A stretch of DNA of 40,868 bases from an uncultured Eubacteriales bacterium (GTDB taxonomy: Bacteria > Bacillota > Clostridia > Oscillospirales > Acutalibacteraceae): NCBI GenBank assembly GCA_964371665.1, contig CAYJNP010000001.1:37862-78729 (forward strand), read 5' to 3'. The translations under genes and the position numbers were made by a program. Below the pieces are notes generated by a model. The model was not told the DNA's origin. It did not search any database and saw only the letters and a list, made by a program, of their open reading frames with translations. The stretch's first letter is position 1. Every line of letters begins with the position of its first letter. Shown here piece by piece: positions 32,103 through 40,868 of the stretch.

Positions 32103-33803
32103 GCAAATACTATAATAAATTATCCTAGAGTTTCTGTAACTTATAATGCTAGTTTAACTCAATTACCTACAGCTGCTGAAAATAATGCTACAATTTTGTT
32201 TGCACCTTTTATATCTAATAAAGGACCTGCAAATAAACCAACATATATATCTTCTTATAGTGACTTTGTTTCTTTGTACGGAACTTTGGATTATAATAAA
32301 AATGGACAACAAGTTTTGAATATAGGAAATTGGTTAAATTCTTTTGGTCAAATTTTAGCATATAGAATTGTTGATTTCGATTCAATAAAACTTACAGGTG
32401 GGATTAATGATATTGATTTAACTAATGCTTTATCTGATACAGATTTAAAAAGTTTTTTAAATTTTTATTCATTAGTTCTTGAAAATGGTTCGACGGTATA
32501 TTTTGTTAATGGTGTTGAATTAGATAATGATTTAACTTCATTTGTTGATACTTATACATTAAGTGTCGAATCAGATGGCTCATTAAAAATAGGAGAAGAA
32601 AATTTAACTAACAACAGTCGTAATGTTTCTATAAATGATCCTTCTTTATATGCATTATATGGAACTGATATTTCTGAAACAGCACTTGCTATTAAATCGA
32701 TTAAATTTATATATCGTTCTAAAAATATTGGTTCAGATTATCAAAATTTTAAATTAAGTTTTGAAGGTTCAAGTATCGAAAAAACATTTAATATTGTTTT
32801 AAGTAACAATAATAAAGTTATTCAAACAATAAGAAATAGAACTTTAAGTAATTATAAAAGTGCATTAATAAAAGATGAAGATCCTTTTTCATATATAGAT
32901 ATGATTTATATAAATGGAGGATTTGATATAACTTCAACTATAGGATATTCAAATTATATTCAATTAATTCAAAATAAAATAGATGGTGATAATATTTCTT
33001 CTGCTTTTGATGCAATAGCTGATCCATTGGTTTATCCTTGTGATGTTGTTTTAGATGCTGGTTTCTCTAGTGATGTAAAACAAGCTATTGTTAATAAAAT
33101 TGAAAATGTTCGTTATGATGTATTTTCGTTTTTAGATTATTTTGAAAATAAAAATAATAAAATGATCCAATTAACGAGTGCACCTACGGTAATTAAAGGT
33201 GATAATTTTGCAATTTATCAACAATATGGGACAACTGAAGACATTTATTCTACAGTTTCTCAAGGTGAAATTAAAGTTACACCTACATATTTCTTAGCAA
33301 ATCTTATTCCTTTTAATGATAGACAATATGGATACGGTAAAACTCCTGTTGGTTTAAGATACGGTGTATTAAATGATGTTATTTCTATAAATCAAATTCC
33401 TAATAGTGATGAAAAAGAAGAATGGTTCCAAGCCGGAATTAATTATATTGAAAAAGATTCTCGTTCAACACAATTCTTTACTCAAAGAACTATGTTTGAA
33501 GTTCAAGATGGTTTTGTGTCAGCATTACAATTTATTAACAACTCTCGTATTGCAAAAAGAATAGGTAGAGATGTTACAAATATTGCTAGATGGGAAATCG
33601 GTGAAGTAAACGATAATACAACAGTGACAAATCTAAGAGATAAAATAAATAGATATTTGGATACATGGGTTCAATTAAGAGTATTATCTTCTAAAGAAGT
33701 AATAGTTGAAATAGATCCATTTGATAATGTAATTTTAAATGTTACATTAAATATATTATTTAACGGTACAATTGAATACATTCCAATTGTAATCAATTTA
33801 TAA
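32100..33803 (+). CDS. tail sheath protein
   Basis: The N-terminus has the usual sheath layout (YPRVSVTYNAS...ATILFAPFISNKGPANKPTYISSYSDFVSLYG). The C-terminal block is GINYIEKDSRSTQFFTQRTM. It is followed by a tube-like gene. Confidence 0.75.
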   Translation: MANTIINYPRVSVTYNASLTQLPTAAENNATILFAPFISNKGPANKPTYISSYSDFVSLYGTLDYNKNGQQVLNIGNWLNSFGQILAYRIVDFDSIKLTGGINDIDLTNALSDTDLKSFLNFYSLVLENGSTVYFVNGVELDNDLTSFVDTYTLSVESDGSLKIGEENLTNNSRNVSINDPSLYALYGTDISETALAIKSIKFIYRSKNIGSDYQNFKLSFEGSSIEKTFNIVLSNNNKVIQTIRNRTLSNYKSALIKDEDPFSYIDMIYINGGFDITSTIGYSNYIQLIQNKIDGDNISSAFDAIADPLVYPCDVVLDAGFSSDVKQAIVNKIENVRYDVFSFLDYFENKNNKMIQLTSAPTVIKGDNFAIYQQYGTTEDIYSTVSQGEIKVTPTYFLANLIPFNDRQYGYGKTPVGLRYGVLNDVISINQIPNSDEKEEWFQAGINYIEKDSRSTQFFTQRTMFEVQDGFVSALQFINNSRIAKRIGRDVTNIARWEIGEVNDNTTVTNLRDKINRYLDTWVQLRVLSSKEVIVEIDPFDNVILNVTLNILFNGTIEYIPIVINL

Positions 33804-33821
33804 GAAAGGAAATGATAATTT

Positions 33822-34655
33822 ATGTCTTATGCTAAAAAAACAATTTTTCCTTACGTAGATGAAAACCCACTTGAAACTATTAAAGGACCAGCAAGTTCAT
33901 TTAATACTGGTTTAGATAATTTATTAACAAATAAATTCTCTCAATTAATAGTATCACATGCTTATATTTACTGGTTAAGAGTTCCATCTTGGTTTGAACA
34001 AGATGATGATTTAAAATTTTTCAGAGCTTTAACACAAAGAAACTTCAATGCATTCGATGGTGTTTCTGATGTTACATTGAATAGTGCTGATAGATTAGGA
34101 CTTAATGGTAATCCAATTCCAGTTGTTGCTGGTGTTGAATTAGGTAATAATGATTTCACTATTGAACATAATGAATCTATCGGTTCTCCGGTTAGAAAAA
34201 TGTATCAAAAATGGATTTCATTAGTAAGAGACCCAGATACTAAAATTAGTCTTTATTCAAGACTTTTTGGAGTTCCATATTCAGATTATGAAAATACTGG
34301 TGAATTAATGTTCATGGTTGTTAGACAAGATGCTAATAACGAAAAAGATGACATTTTAGAATTTGCTATGTACTATTCTGGTGTTTTCCCAACTAATGTA
34401 CCTTTATCACATTTTGCATTTAGACGTGGTCAAGAAGAAGCTCCAGTTTTATCAATTTCATTTAAAGGTACACCTAAATTTGGTCCTTTAGTTGATGATT
34501 TTGCTAGAAGATTGTTGAGAGATAGAGTATTAGTAATTTCTCCTGAATCAGAAGAAGGTATTGGTGCTTACTTAGATAGTTATGGTACTGATGAACGTGT
34601 TGGTCCGTTAGTGACTTCTACAACTGCTAAAGAATTCTACAATCCAGAAGGATAA
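33822..34655 (+). CDS. tail tube protein (T4 gp19-like)
   Basis: Lies directly after the sheath gene. Sequence blocks NDFTIEHNESIGSPVRKMYQKWISLVRDP and FAMYYSGVFPTNVP resemble my memory of the gp19 family. Codon bias suggests high expression. Confidence 0.65.
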   Translation: MSYAKKTIFPYVDENPLETIKGPASSFNTGLDNLLTNKFSQLIVSHAYIYWLRVPSWFEQDDDLKFFRALTQRNFNAFDGVSDVTLNSADRLGLNGNPIPVVAGVELGNNDFTIEHNESIGSPVRKMYQKWISLVRDPDTKISLYSRLFGVPYSDYENTGELMFMVVRQDANNEKDDILEFAMYYSGVFPTNVPLSHFAFRRGQEEAPVLSISFKGTPKFGPLVDDFARRLLRDRVLVISPESEEGIGAYLDSYGTDERVGPLVTSTTAKEFYNPEG

Positions 34656-34693
34656 AAAAAAATAAGAATAAACCGTTTGGTTTATTCTTTTTT
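34654..34693. terminator. bidirectional rho-independent terminator between the tube and portal genes
   Basis: 11-bp perfect stem aagaataaacc (34664-34674) / ggtttattctt (34679-34689) with loop gttt. A 9-A run lies upstream and a T-run downstream. Confidence 0.85.
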
Positions 34694-34694
34694 A

Positions 34695-37058
34695 TTAATA
34701 ATCTGAATATCCATCATCTGGAATTGTTTCTTTTATTTTAGAAACTATTTCTTTAGATTGTTTTATTTTCAATTCATTTTCAGCGTAATCTAAATATTTT
34801 TGCCAATCGATTGATTTACATTCATTTTTTAAATAAAATGCTTTTAATTCGGCTGCATTATCATCGTTTGATTGATCCATTTTAGGTGGAAAAACCGTTT
34901 CAGCTACTGTTTGTGCTACTTCTGAATAAATTTGAACTTGTTCAGATATTGTTTGCATTAATAATGTCGTTGGTGCATGAAGTACAACTTCTATTTTATC
35001 TATATTTGTCGTTTCTTCTAATTTTGAATCTCCGTCATCATTATATTTATATTCATTATAATATAATTTTTGTATAAATTGTGTGAATGGTTCTTGGAAA
35101 TCGAATTGTTTTTTAACGATTGATCTAGCGAATGCACCATTGGTTACAGAAATTGTTCTGGCAAAATCTATTTCAGTCATCATATCTAATAAAATTGGAG
35201 GTACTGACATACCGTTTATCATAGAATTTTTTAAATATTCTAAAAATGAATTATTATTAATATCTAAATCTTGACCTTGGAAAGTATCTACATCAAATGG
35301 TCTGTTTCCTGAAATTTGCGGGATAAATAAATCATCTAAAACACCAAAATTTAAATTAAGAATTGTTGTAATATCTTCTTCATTCATTCTTAAATCTTTA
35401 GATTTAATATTCATAATCATATTATCAATTGCTTGATCTGCATTACCATCTAATCCAACATTTACATAAAATACACGTTTATCATGTCCTCTAGATAGAT
35501 TTATGATAATTAAATTTGTTAACATTGCTAAATATAATTTTGCAAAATAAACAATATTTTCATATAATGGTGGTGTTTCTGTTTTAATATATTCATCTGG
35601 AGCAAGATAAGTTATTTTTGCTTGTTTTTTAACAGTATATTCTTGTTTAACCATTGTATAAATAAATTCTTTAAAATCTTTATTATTTCTTACGAAATCT
35701 TTGTCAATTTTTTGTGATAAAGATTTTAAAAAAATATCAGAAATTAAATTTATTTTTTCTTGCGAAACATTATAAGTTTTTGAAGCTACACTTGAATTAG
35801 AACCAGCTTGAGGTATGTTAGCTGATGTTCCAGTTGAACCTAATGAAGGTACTGTTTGATTAACATTTCCATAATAACCAGTAGCTGCCATTGCTGGATA
35901 ATCTCCAGGTTGTGCTTTATTTGGAGTTAGATCATTGTACTCTATATAAAATATACCATATTTGATTCCATCTAATTCTAAATCAATAACATTTCTAGGA
36001 TCTAAATCTTTAATTACTGAACCACTTAAATATAAAGGTTTATTATCAGTTCTACTTTTTTTCTTTTTACCTTTACTATTAATATTTTCCGTTAAGTAAT
36101 CATTGTATTCTTTAGATTTTATTGTAGTTTCTCTTGCTGCAGATAGACTTTCTTTAAATAAATCTAGTTTAGATGTTATTTGAAATTTTTCGTTAATTTG
36201 TTTTATTATTTCTTCATTAATACTATTATCAATTCTTTTAGATTCATTTAAACTTTTTGATTCTTTTTTTTCTATTTTAAAAAATTCTATTAAAGCATCT
36301 CTTTGTTCTGTATTTAGGTTTAAATCTTCATATGTAATATCTACATTAGTGTAATTTTTATCATAATTAGATAAGGATTCATTTAACATCTTATTATTCA
36401 TTACATTATCAGATAACATCATATCTAATTCACGTTCTAACGATAATACCGCTACATAATCTACACCATATAATAATGAATTTCTTGTAATTTTTTCAAT
36501 TTTTTTATTTAATTTATATTTCGAAATTAATTTTTCTACGTTGTTTCTAATTTCTTGTTTCTTTGATTCATCAGTTGAACCTTTATAATCGGTATCAAAA
36601 ATAACTTTATTAAAATTATCTGGAGAAATAATATTGTCTATATAAATTTCCAAACCTTTTGATAATTCTGGAATATGTTTATACATTGCATGATAATTTG
36701 CAAATAATACTGATTTTGCTGTATCAGCCATTATTAAATCATTTGCTTTTGATACATTATTCATTTCCATGAATTTTTTGAAATATGTATTAGCTTCCTC
36801 TGCATTTTTTGTTTTAATACCTTTAGATTGTAATACTGCTTTTGATAAGGAACCATATGTGTAAGTATCTAAATTTTTACCGTTAGTTCTTTCTCCGTGT
36901 TTTTGTGTAATCCTTAGAGTTGTTTGTCTTACTGAATCTCTAAGATTTATATCTTCTAAAGTGATAGAATCACTTACGCCTCTTAGAGCCATATTAGACT
37001 TTTCAGCATCTTTATTTAATTGTTTATTTAATTTTTGATCTTTTGTTAAATTTGGCAT
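34695..37058 (-). CDS. portal protein (T4 gp20-like)
   Basis: YKHIPELSKGLEIYIDNIISPD matches the portal signature as I recall it (Y..PEI..ALDIYADE...D). The 787-aa size and location in the structural region fit. TAATG overlap with the upstream gene. Confidence 0.7.
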   Translation of the reverse strand: MPNLTKDQKLNKQLNKDAEKSNMALRGVSDSITLEDINLRDSVRQTTLRITQKHGERTNGKNLDTYTYGSLSKAVLQSKGIKTKNAEEANTYFKKFMEMNNVSKANDLIMADTAKSVLFANYHAMYKHIPELSKGLEIYIDNIISPDNFNKVIFDTDYKGSTDESKKQEIRNNVEKLISKYKLNKKIEKITRNSLLYGVDYVAVLSLERELDMMLSDNVMNNKMLNESLSNYDKNYTNVDITYEDLNLNTEQRDALIEFFKIEKKESKSLNESKRIDNSINEEIIKQINEKFQITSKLDLFKESLSAARETTIKSKEYNDYLTENINSKGKKKKSRTDNKPLYLSGSVIKDLDPRNVIDLELDGIKYGIFYIEYNDLTPNKAQPGDYPAMAATGYYGNVNQTVPSLGSTGTSANIPQAGSNSSVASKTYNVSQEKINLISDIFLKSLSQKIDKDFVRNNKDFKEFIYTMVKQEYTVKKQAKITYLAPDEYIKTETPPLYENIVYFAKLYLAMLTNLIIINLSRGHDKRVFYVNVGLDGNADQAIDNMIMNIKSKDLRMNEEDITTILNLNFGVLDDLFIPQISGNRPFDVDTFQGQDLDINNNSFLEYLKNSMINGMSVPPILLDMMTEIDFARTISVTNGAFARSIVKKQFDFQEPFTQFIQKLYYNEYKYNDDGDSKLEETTNIDKIEVVLHAPTTLLMQTISEQVQIYSEVAQTVAETVFPPKMDQSNDDNAAELKAFYLKNECKSIDWQKYLDYAENELKIKQSKEIVSKIKETIPDDGYSDY

Positions 37059-37798
37059 TATAATTCACCACTTTCGTATTTTATTATTCTATTATTTAAT
37101 TTTGTATTAAATATAAGTAAAGAATTTTTTAATTTTTCTTTATTTGTTATTGTAAATTCATTAACATTACCACCTAATGGAACTTCATCACCATATGTTT
37201 CATAATTTAAGATATATGAAAAAACTTGTATATTTTCTTCTACAAGAGATGATTCATAATTTATTCTTAAAAATAATTTCGTTAATAATGGTAATGTATC
37301 TATACCTTTATCGTAGTCCAAAATGTGATGAAATATATTATCAATATTTTCTTTATCATCAAAACTTAATGAATTGTATATTATTTCAACTGTTGATATA
37401 ATTGATTCTAAGTTTTTATAAATTATATTATTTGTCTTTATACTATGAAATGTATTTATTATTAAATCTCTTACATATATATTTTTTTTAACTGATTTTG
37501 TGTTAATATTATTAATTATTCTTTTAATAACTTCGTTTTCTAAATTAGGATTATCTATTATTTGAAAATCATTTTTAAATAAATTATTAATAGATATTTC
37601 TTCATTATATAAGAGAAATATTAAATAAATATAAATATTATTTTTATTTTCTATATCTGATAGACTATCTAAAGTATAAATAAATTCATTTATAATGGTT
37701 ATATTATTTTCATTCAATAAGAAATTAAAAAACGAATCAAAATCATCTATATAATTATATATTAAATCAACGGTAGATTCATATTTTATATTATTCAT
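37058..37798 (-). CDS. hypothetical N/I/Y/K-rich protein
   Basis: The ATG at 37798 (MNNIKYEST) has AAGGTGG 8 nt upstream. The track start at 37816 is itself part of that SD. Confidence 0.6.
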   Translation of the reverse strand: MNNIKYESTVDLIYNYIDDFDSFFNFLLNENNITIINEFIYTLDSLSDIENKNNIYIYLIFLLYNEEISINNLFKNDFQIIDNPNLENEVIKRIINNINTKSVKKNIYVRDLIINTFHSIKTNNIIYKNLESIISTVEIIYNSLSFDDKENIDNIFHHILDYDKGIDTLPLLTKLFLRINYESSLVEENIQVFSYILNYETYGDEVPLGGNVNEFTITNKEKLKNSLLIFNTKLNNRIIKYESGEL

Positions 37799-39536
37799 AT
37801 AAAACACCACCTTCATTTATTTCTCTTATATTAACATATCCATCTATATCTTCATAATAATTATTCATTAAAACTTCATATCTATAATCATAATCTTTAT
37901 TTAATGTATTAATAAGTTCTATTGTCGCCATATAAGAATGATGTAAATTAAATAAAAGCTTATATAAATTGAATACATTACTATCAACATTTAATTTTAA
38001 AAAATTATTATCATAAATTCTATTTTCATCAAATATATAAATAATATATTGAAAGAATAGATAATTTATAAAGAAAGAATTTATGTTTTCATTCATAGAA
38101 ATTTCTTCATCATATTTAAAGAAATCATTAATTTGATATATTATATTATCAAATAATTTTTTTAAATCATTTTGATATATGAAAATATTTTCTTCTATTT
38201 TTAATTTTTTATTTAAGTTATTATAAGAATTTAAAAAATTATATGTTTCTTTACTCTCTATTTTACCTTCTGCATCAAAAATAATAGCTGGCATTATATT
38301 TATCATTTCAGAATGTTTTTCTTTACTTGTTAAAAAAACTTCATTTGAATATATATTATCTTCTTCTATTATTTCTTTTAATTTAATATTTAATGTTTTA
38401 ATAAATTCTGAAATTTGTAAGGTATAATTTACAGACAATCCATCAATAGTTATATTTCCAGTTTCATCTATTTCATTATTATTGAATTGATAGTTAACTA
38501 AAGTTTCATCTGTTGTAAAATTTTTAATTTTTGTTGTTGTATTATAACCGCTTGTTACTGCTTCTTTATTTTGTTCCATTATATAATTTAATGTTTTTAA
38601 ATAATTTGTTCCACTAGTCTCAGTTATAATATTAGTCTCTACTAATTTATCCATAGAAATATTATAATCATTAATTGGTAATGGTTTATCTTTCGCACTT
38701 TTTAAAAAGAATTCAGCAAATAATTCTTTTATATTACTTAAACTAACATAAAATTGTCCTTTTCTATTTATAAAAAAATCATTTGAATAAAATAAACTTA
38801 TCTTATTTGCGAAAACTTTTATTAATTTTGATGTATTACTATTAAAATTATTTATTCCGGGAGATCTAATTTCTATTGTTTCTTTTATCGGATTAGTATT
38901 ATTATTTAATCCGTTAAAGTTGAGGTTATCGTTTTCTGCACCTTGTTCAAGAAAACTAAAATCATATATAGTTTTATATGTTATAATATCTTTTGGTATC
39001 CATTCTATTAAACTAAAATATGTTTTAAATAGATTTATTTCACCGCTGTAAAAAAACAAATTTCTATTTTTAAAAACACTAAAATCAATATTAACAACCA
39101 TTCTATTTTCGGTTCTATTTATAATATTATTAAAACCATTTGTAAAACTTATTGTATCTTTTTTTAATAATGATAATAAAAAATCTTTTCTGAAATTAAA
39201 GTCGTCATTATTATTATATTTTTTTAAATCTAAATCGTTTATTTCATTAGAAAATAATAAATGTAAAATTGTAGAAAAATGTTCTTTATTATATGTTATT
39301 ATTTTTTTAATTTCATTTATGTTTTCTATGTTGACTTTTCTATATATTTCATTAAAAAAATCATCTTCAGTATATGTTTTTATATTCATATCTGATTTTT
39401 GAAAAAATGGTTCACTTTCATATTCATTAACCGTATCTTGTTGATTTAAAAAATTTTTAGATGTTAATAATTCTCTAAAAAAAGAATTGCTATATTTAAT
39501 TGTTAAACCATTATTATGTTTTATATTATAAATCAT
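37791..39536 (-). CDS. hypothetical N/I/Y/K-rich protein
   Basis: A 581-codon uninterrupted ORF in extremely AT-rich DNA. Overlaps both neighbouring genes. Confidence 0.65.
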   Translation of the reverse strand: MIYNIKHNNGLTIKYSNSFFRELLTSKNFLNQQDTVNEYESEPFFQKSDMNIKTYTEDDFFNEIYRKVNIENINEIKKIITYNKEHFSTILHLLFSNEINDLDLKKYNNNDDFNFRKDFLLSLLKKDTISFTNGFNNIINRTENRMVVNIDFSVFKNRNLFFYSGEINLFKTYFSLIEWIPKDIITYKTIYDFSFLEQGAENDNLNFNGLNNNTNPIKETIEIRSPGINNFNSNTSKLIKVFANKISLFYSNDFFINRKGQFYVSLSNIKELFAEFFLKSAKDKPLPINDYNISMDKLVETNIITETSGTNYLKTLNYIMEQNKEAVTSGYNTTTKIKNFTTDETLVNYQFNNNEIDETGNITIDGLSVNYTLQISEFIKTLNIKLKEIIEEDNIYSNEVFLTSKEKHSEMINIMPAIIFDAEGKIESKETYNFLNSYNNLNKKLKIEENIFIYQNDLKKLFDNIIYQINDFFKYDEEISMNENINSFFINYLFFQYIIYIFDENRIYDNNFLKLNVDSNVFNLYKLLFNLHHSYMATIELINTLNKDYDYRYEVLMNNYYEDIDGYVNIREINEGGVLYE

Positions 39537-40560
39537 TTACAACAACCCTTTCTTTAAATCTTTTATCTTCTTTTATTATATTTTTTATATTTATTATCAT
39601 TTTATAAATTTCGTTCATATCATAATAAAAATATGAATCATTATTATTAAAAATTCTGATAAATAATATTTTTTTAATATCGTTTAATGTTGATGGTTCT
39701 CTATAGTCCATATAAGCCTCTATATAAATATAAAAATAATTTTGTATTTGAAAATCTGTAGCTTTTACTTTATTAATTAAAAATTCTATGAATAAATCTA
39801 ATTCTTTAATAAAATCTTCCTCAGTTAAAAATAAATCACTTTCTTTTGTAAATTTAGAATTTATAAAATAATTATATATTTTATTTAGTTCAGAATTATA
39901 AAATAATCCTGGATTTTCATTTGGTAAAAATAATAATATAGGTTTTGTTTTTAACTCGTTTATAATTTCTTTTAATATTGACAATGTATTATCTAAATAT
40001 GTTGGTATTATTATTTCTATATTTTTTATATATTCTCTATATTTAAATTCGGCTGTTCTGAAATTTCTGAAAGATGTTTCATCGTCTATAATATTATTTG
40101 TATCAAAAACTAATTCATTTACATTTTTATTAAAATTATTTTTTATATCAAAATTTAATGTGTTTAAAAAATTATATAAATTACCATTAACATTTTCACT
40201 ATATGTTATATTTGAATAAAGAAGTAACTTATTTATTTCTTCTTTTCTATTATTTATTTGAATATTATAATTTGATAAATAATTAAAAACTGTTAGTTCA
40301 CTTATAATATTATTAGAAAAATAATTTATAAATAAATAAATGTCTATTTCTGAATTACTTAATAATAATTCTAAAGATTTATTATTTAATTCACTTTCAT
40401 TTGATAATAATTTTAATATTTTATATTCTATTGAATCTATTTTTGACCAAATGATATATTCTTGTGATTCATCAAAATATAAATTATTATTTGTACAATA
40501 GTTTATGTTTAATTTTCTAATTAATATATCTAATTCTTCATTAGTAAATTTTTCATTCAT
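39526..40560 (-). CDS. hypothetical N/I/Y/K-rich protein
   Basis: The ATG at 40560 (MNEKFTNEE) has GGTGG 6 nt upstream. The track start at 40596 is a TTG inside the 3' end of the upstream gene. Confidence 0.6.
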   Translation of the reverse strand: MNEKFTNEELDILIRKLNINYCTNNNLYFDESQEYIIWSKIDSIEYKILKLLSNESELNNKSLELLLSNSEIDIYLFINYFSNNIISELTVFNYLSNYNIQINNRKEEINKLLLYSNITYSENVNGNLYNFLNTLNFDIKNNFNKNVNELVFDTNNIIDDETSFRNFRTAEFKYREYIKNIEIIIPTYLDNTLSILKEIINELKTKPILLFLPNENPGLFYNSELNKIYNYFINSKFTKESDLFLTEEDFIKELDLFIEFLINKVKATDFQIQNYFYIYIEAYMDYREPSTLNDIKKILFIRIFNNNDSYFYYDMNEIYKMIINIKNIIKEDKRFKERVVVNDL

Positions 40561-40561
40561 A

Positions 40562-40868
40562 TTAACCACCAACTTTTGTTTTCTTATAATATACAAAATA
40601 TGCTAATGATTTTATTTTTTTCATCTCATCTTCAGTTATTTCGTTTATTATCATAAAATTTCTATCAGAATCAGATATTTTAATATTATTATAATCTATT
40701 GGTATTAATAATTCATTTCTTGATATTAATATTTTATCAAAGAAATCATTATTAGAAATTATTTCATTAAAAGAATTACCTATAATATCTTTTGATACTT
40801 CATCTATATTAGAATTACTTATTAAATCATATAATATGTCTATTTTTTCATCTTCAATTAAACTAATA
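40562..40868 (-). CDS. hypothetical protein, N-terminus cut by window edge
   Basis: Open minus-strand frame from the window end to TAA at 40564..40562: ...ISLIEDEKIDILYDLISNSNIDEVSKDIIGNSFNEII...MKKIKSLAYFVYYKKTKVGG. Not in the ORF track because it lacks a start. Confidence 0.55.
   Translation of the reverse strand, partial: ISLIEDEKIDILYDLISNSNIDEVSKDIIGNSFNEIISNNDFFDKILISRNELLIPIDYNNIKISDSDRNFMIINEITEDEMKKIKSLAYFVYYKKTKVGG

Noticed and set aside
1-40868. An integrated prophage or other mobile element in a bacterial chromosome, or use of an alternative genetic code.
   Set aside because: There is no integrase, recombinase, transposase, att-like direct repeat or flanking housekeeping gene. 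Gene content (split RNAP, PolB, gp21-type protease, large structural genes) fits a lytic jumbo phage. Long ORFs with recognisable motifs read through cleanly with the standard code, so no TGA or TAG reassignment is needed.

Overview
This very AT-rich 40.9-kb window is almost entirely coding. I accept 37 ORFs, 32 of them on the minus strand. It reads as part of a large (jumbo-type) contractile-tailed phage genome, not a bacterial chromosome. All calls rest on motifs I recognise by eye; no database search was possible.

Morphogenesis genes: large terminase (29845..31854), T4 gp20-like portal (34695..37058), tail sheath (32100..33803), gp19-like tail tube (33822..34655), probable major capsid protein (20074..21894), and a T4 gp21-like prohead protease (18096..18995) followed by a coiled-coil scaffold candidate.

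Replication and transcription genes: the C-terminal palm/thumb part of a family-B DNA polymerase (14200..16197), an SF2 DEAH helicase (4497..5930), an SSB-like protein (3515..4471), and a fragment of a multisubunit RNA polymerase beta-prime (5991..7862). A split beta-prime gene is typical of jumbo phages that carry their own RNAP.

Auxiliary genes: PncB nicotinate phosphoribosyltransferase (265..1572) and an 840-aa P-type cation ATPase (23748..26270).

The most notable non-genic signals are:
1. A 15-nt promoter-like motif, GAACAAT-N-W-ATTATA, present 12 times, always intergenic and pointing at the downstream gene.
2. A family of four structured leaders in which a strong SD (AAGGAGAG-like) is held 47-93 nt from the AUG by a conserved, covarying CTTTAC/GTAAAG clamp helix. 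They precede the capsid, sheath, protease and a 1117-aa acidic repeat protein.
3. That acidic protein itself, which is built from six copies of a conserved module, each ending in an (I/L/V)-I-E motif resembling gp21-type protease sites.

I found no rRNA, tRNA, CRISPR array, integrase or transposase.
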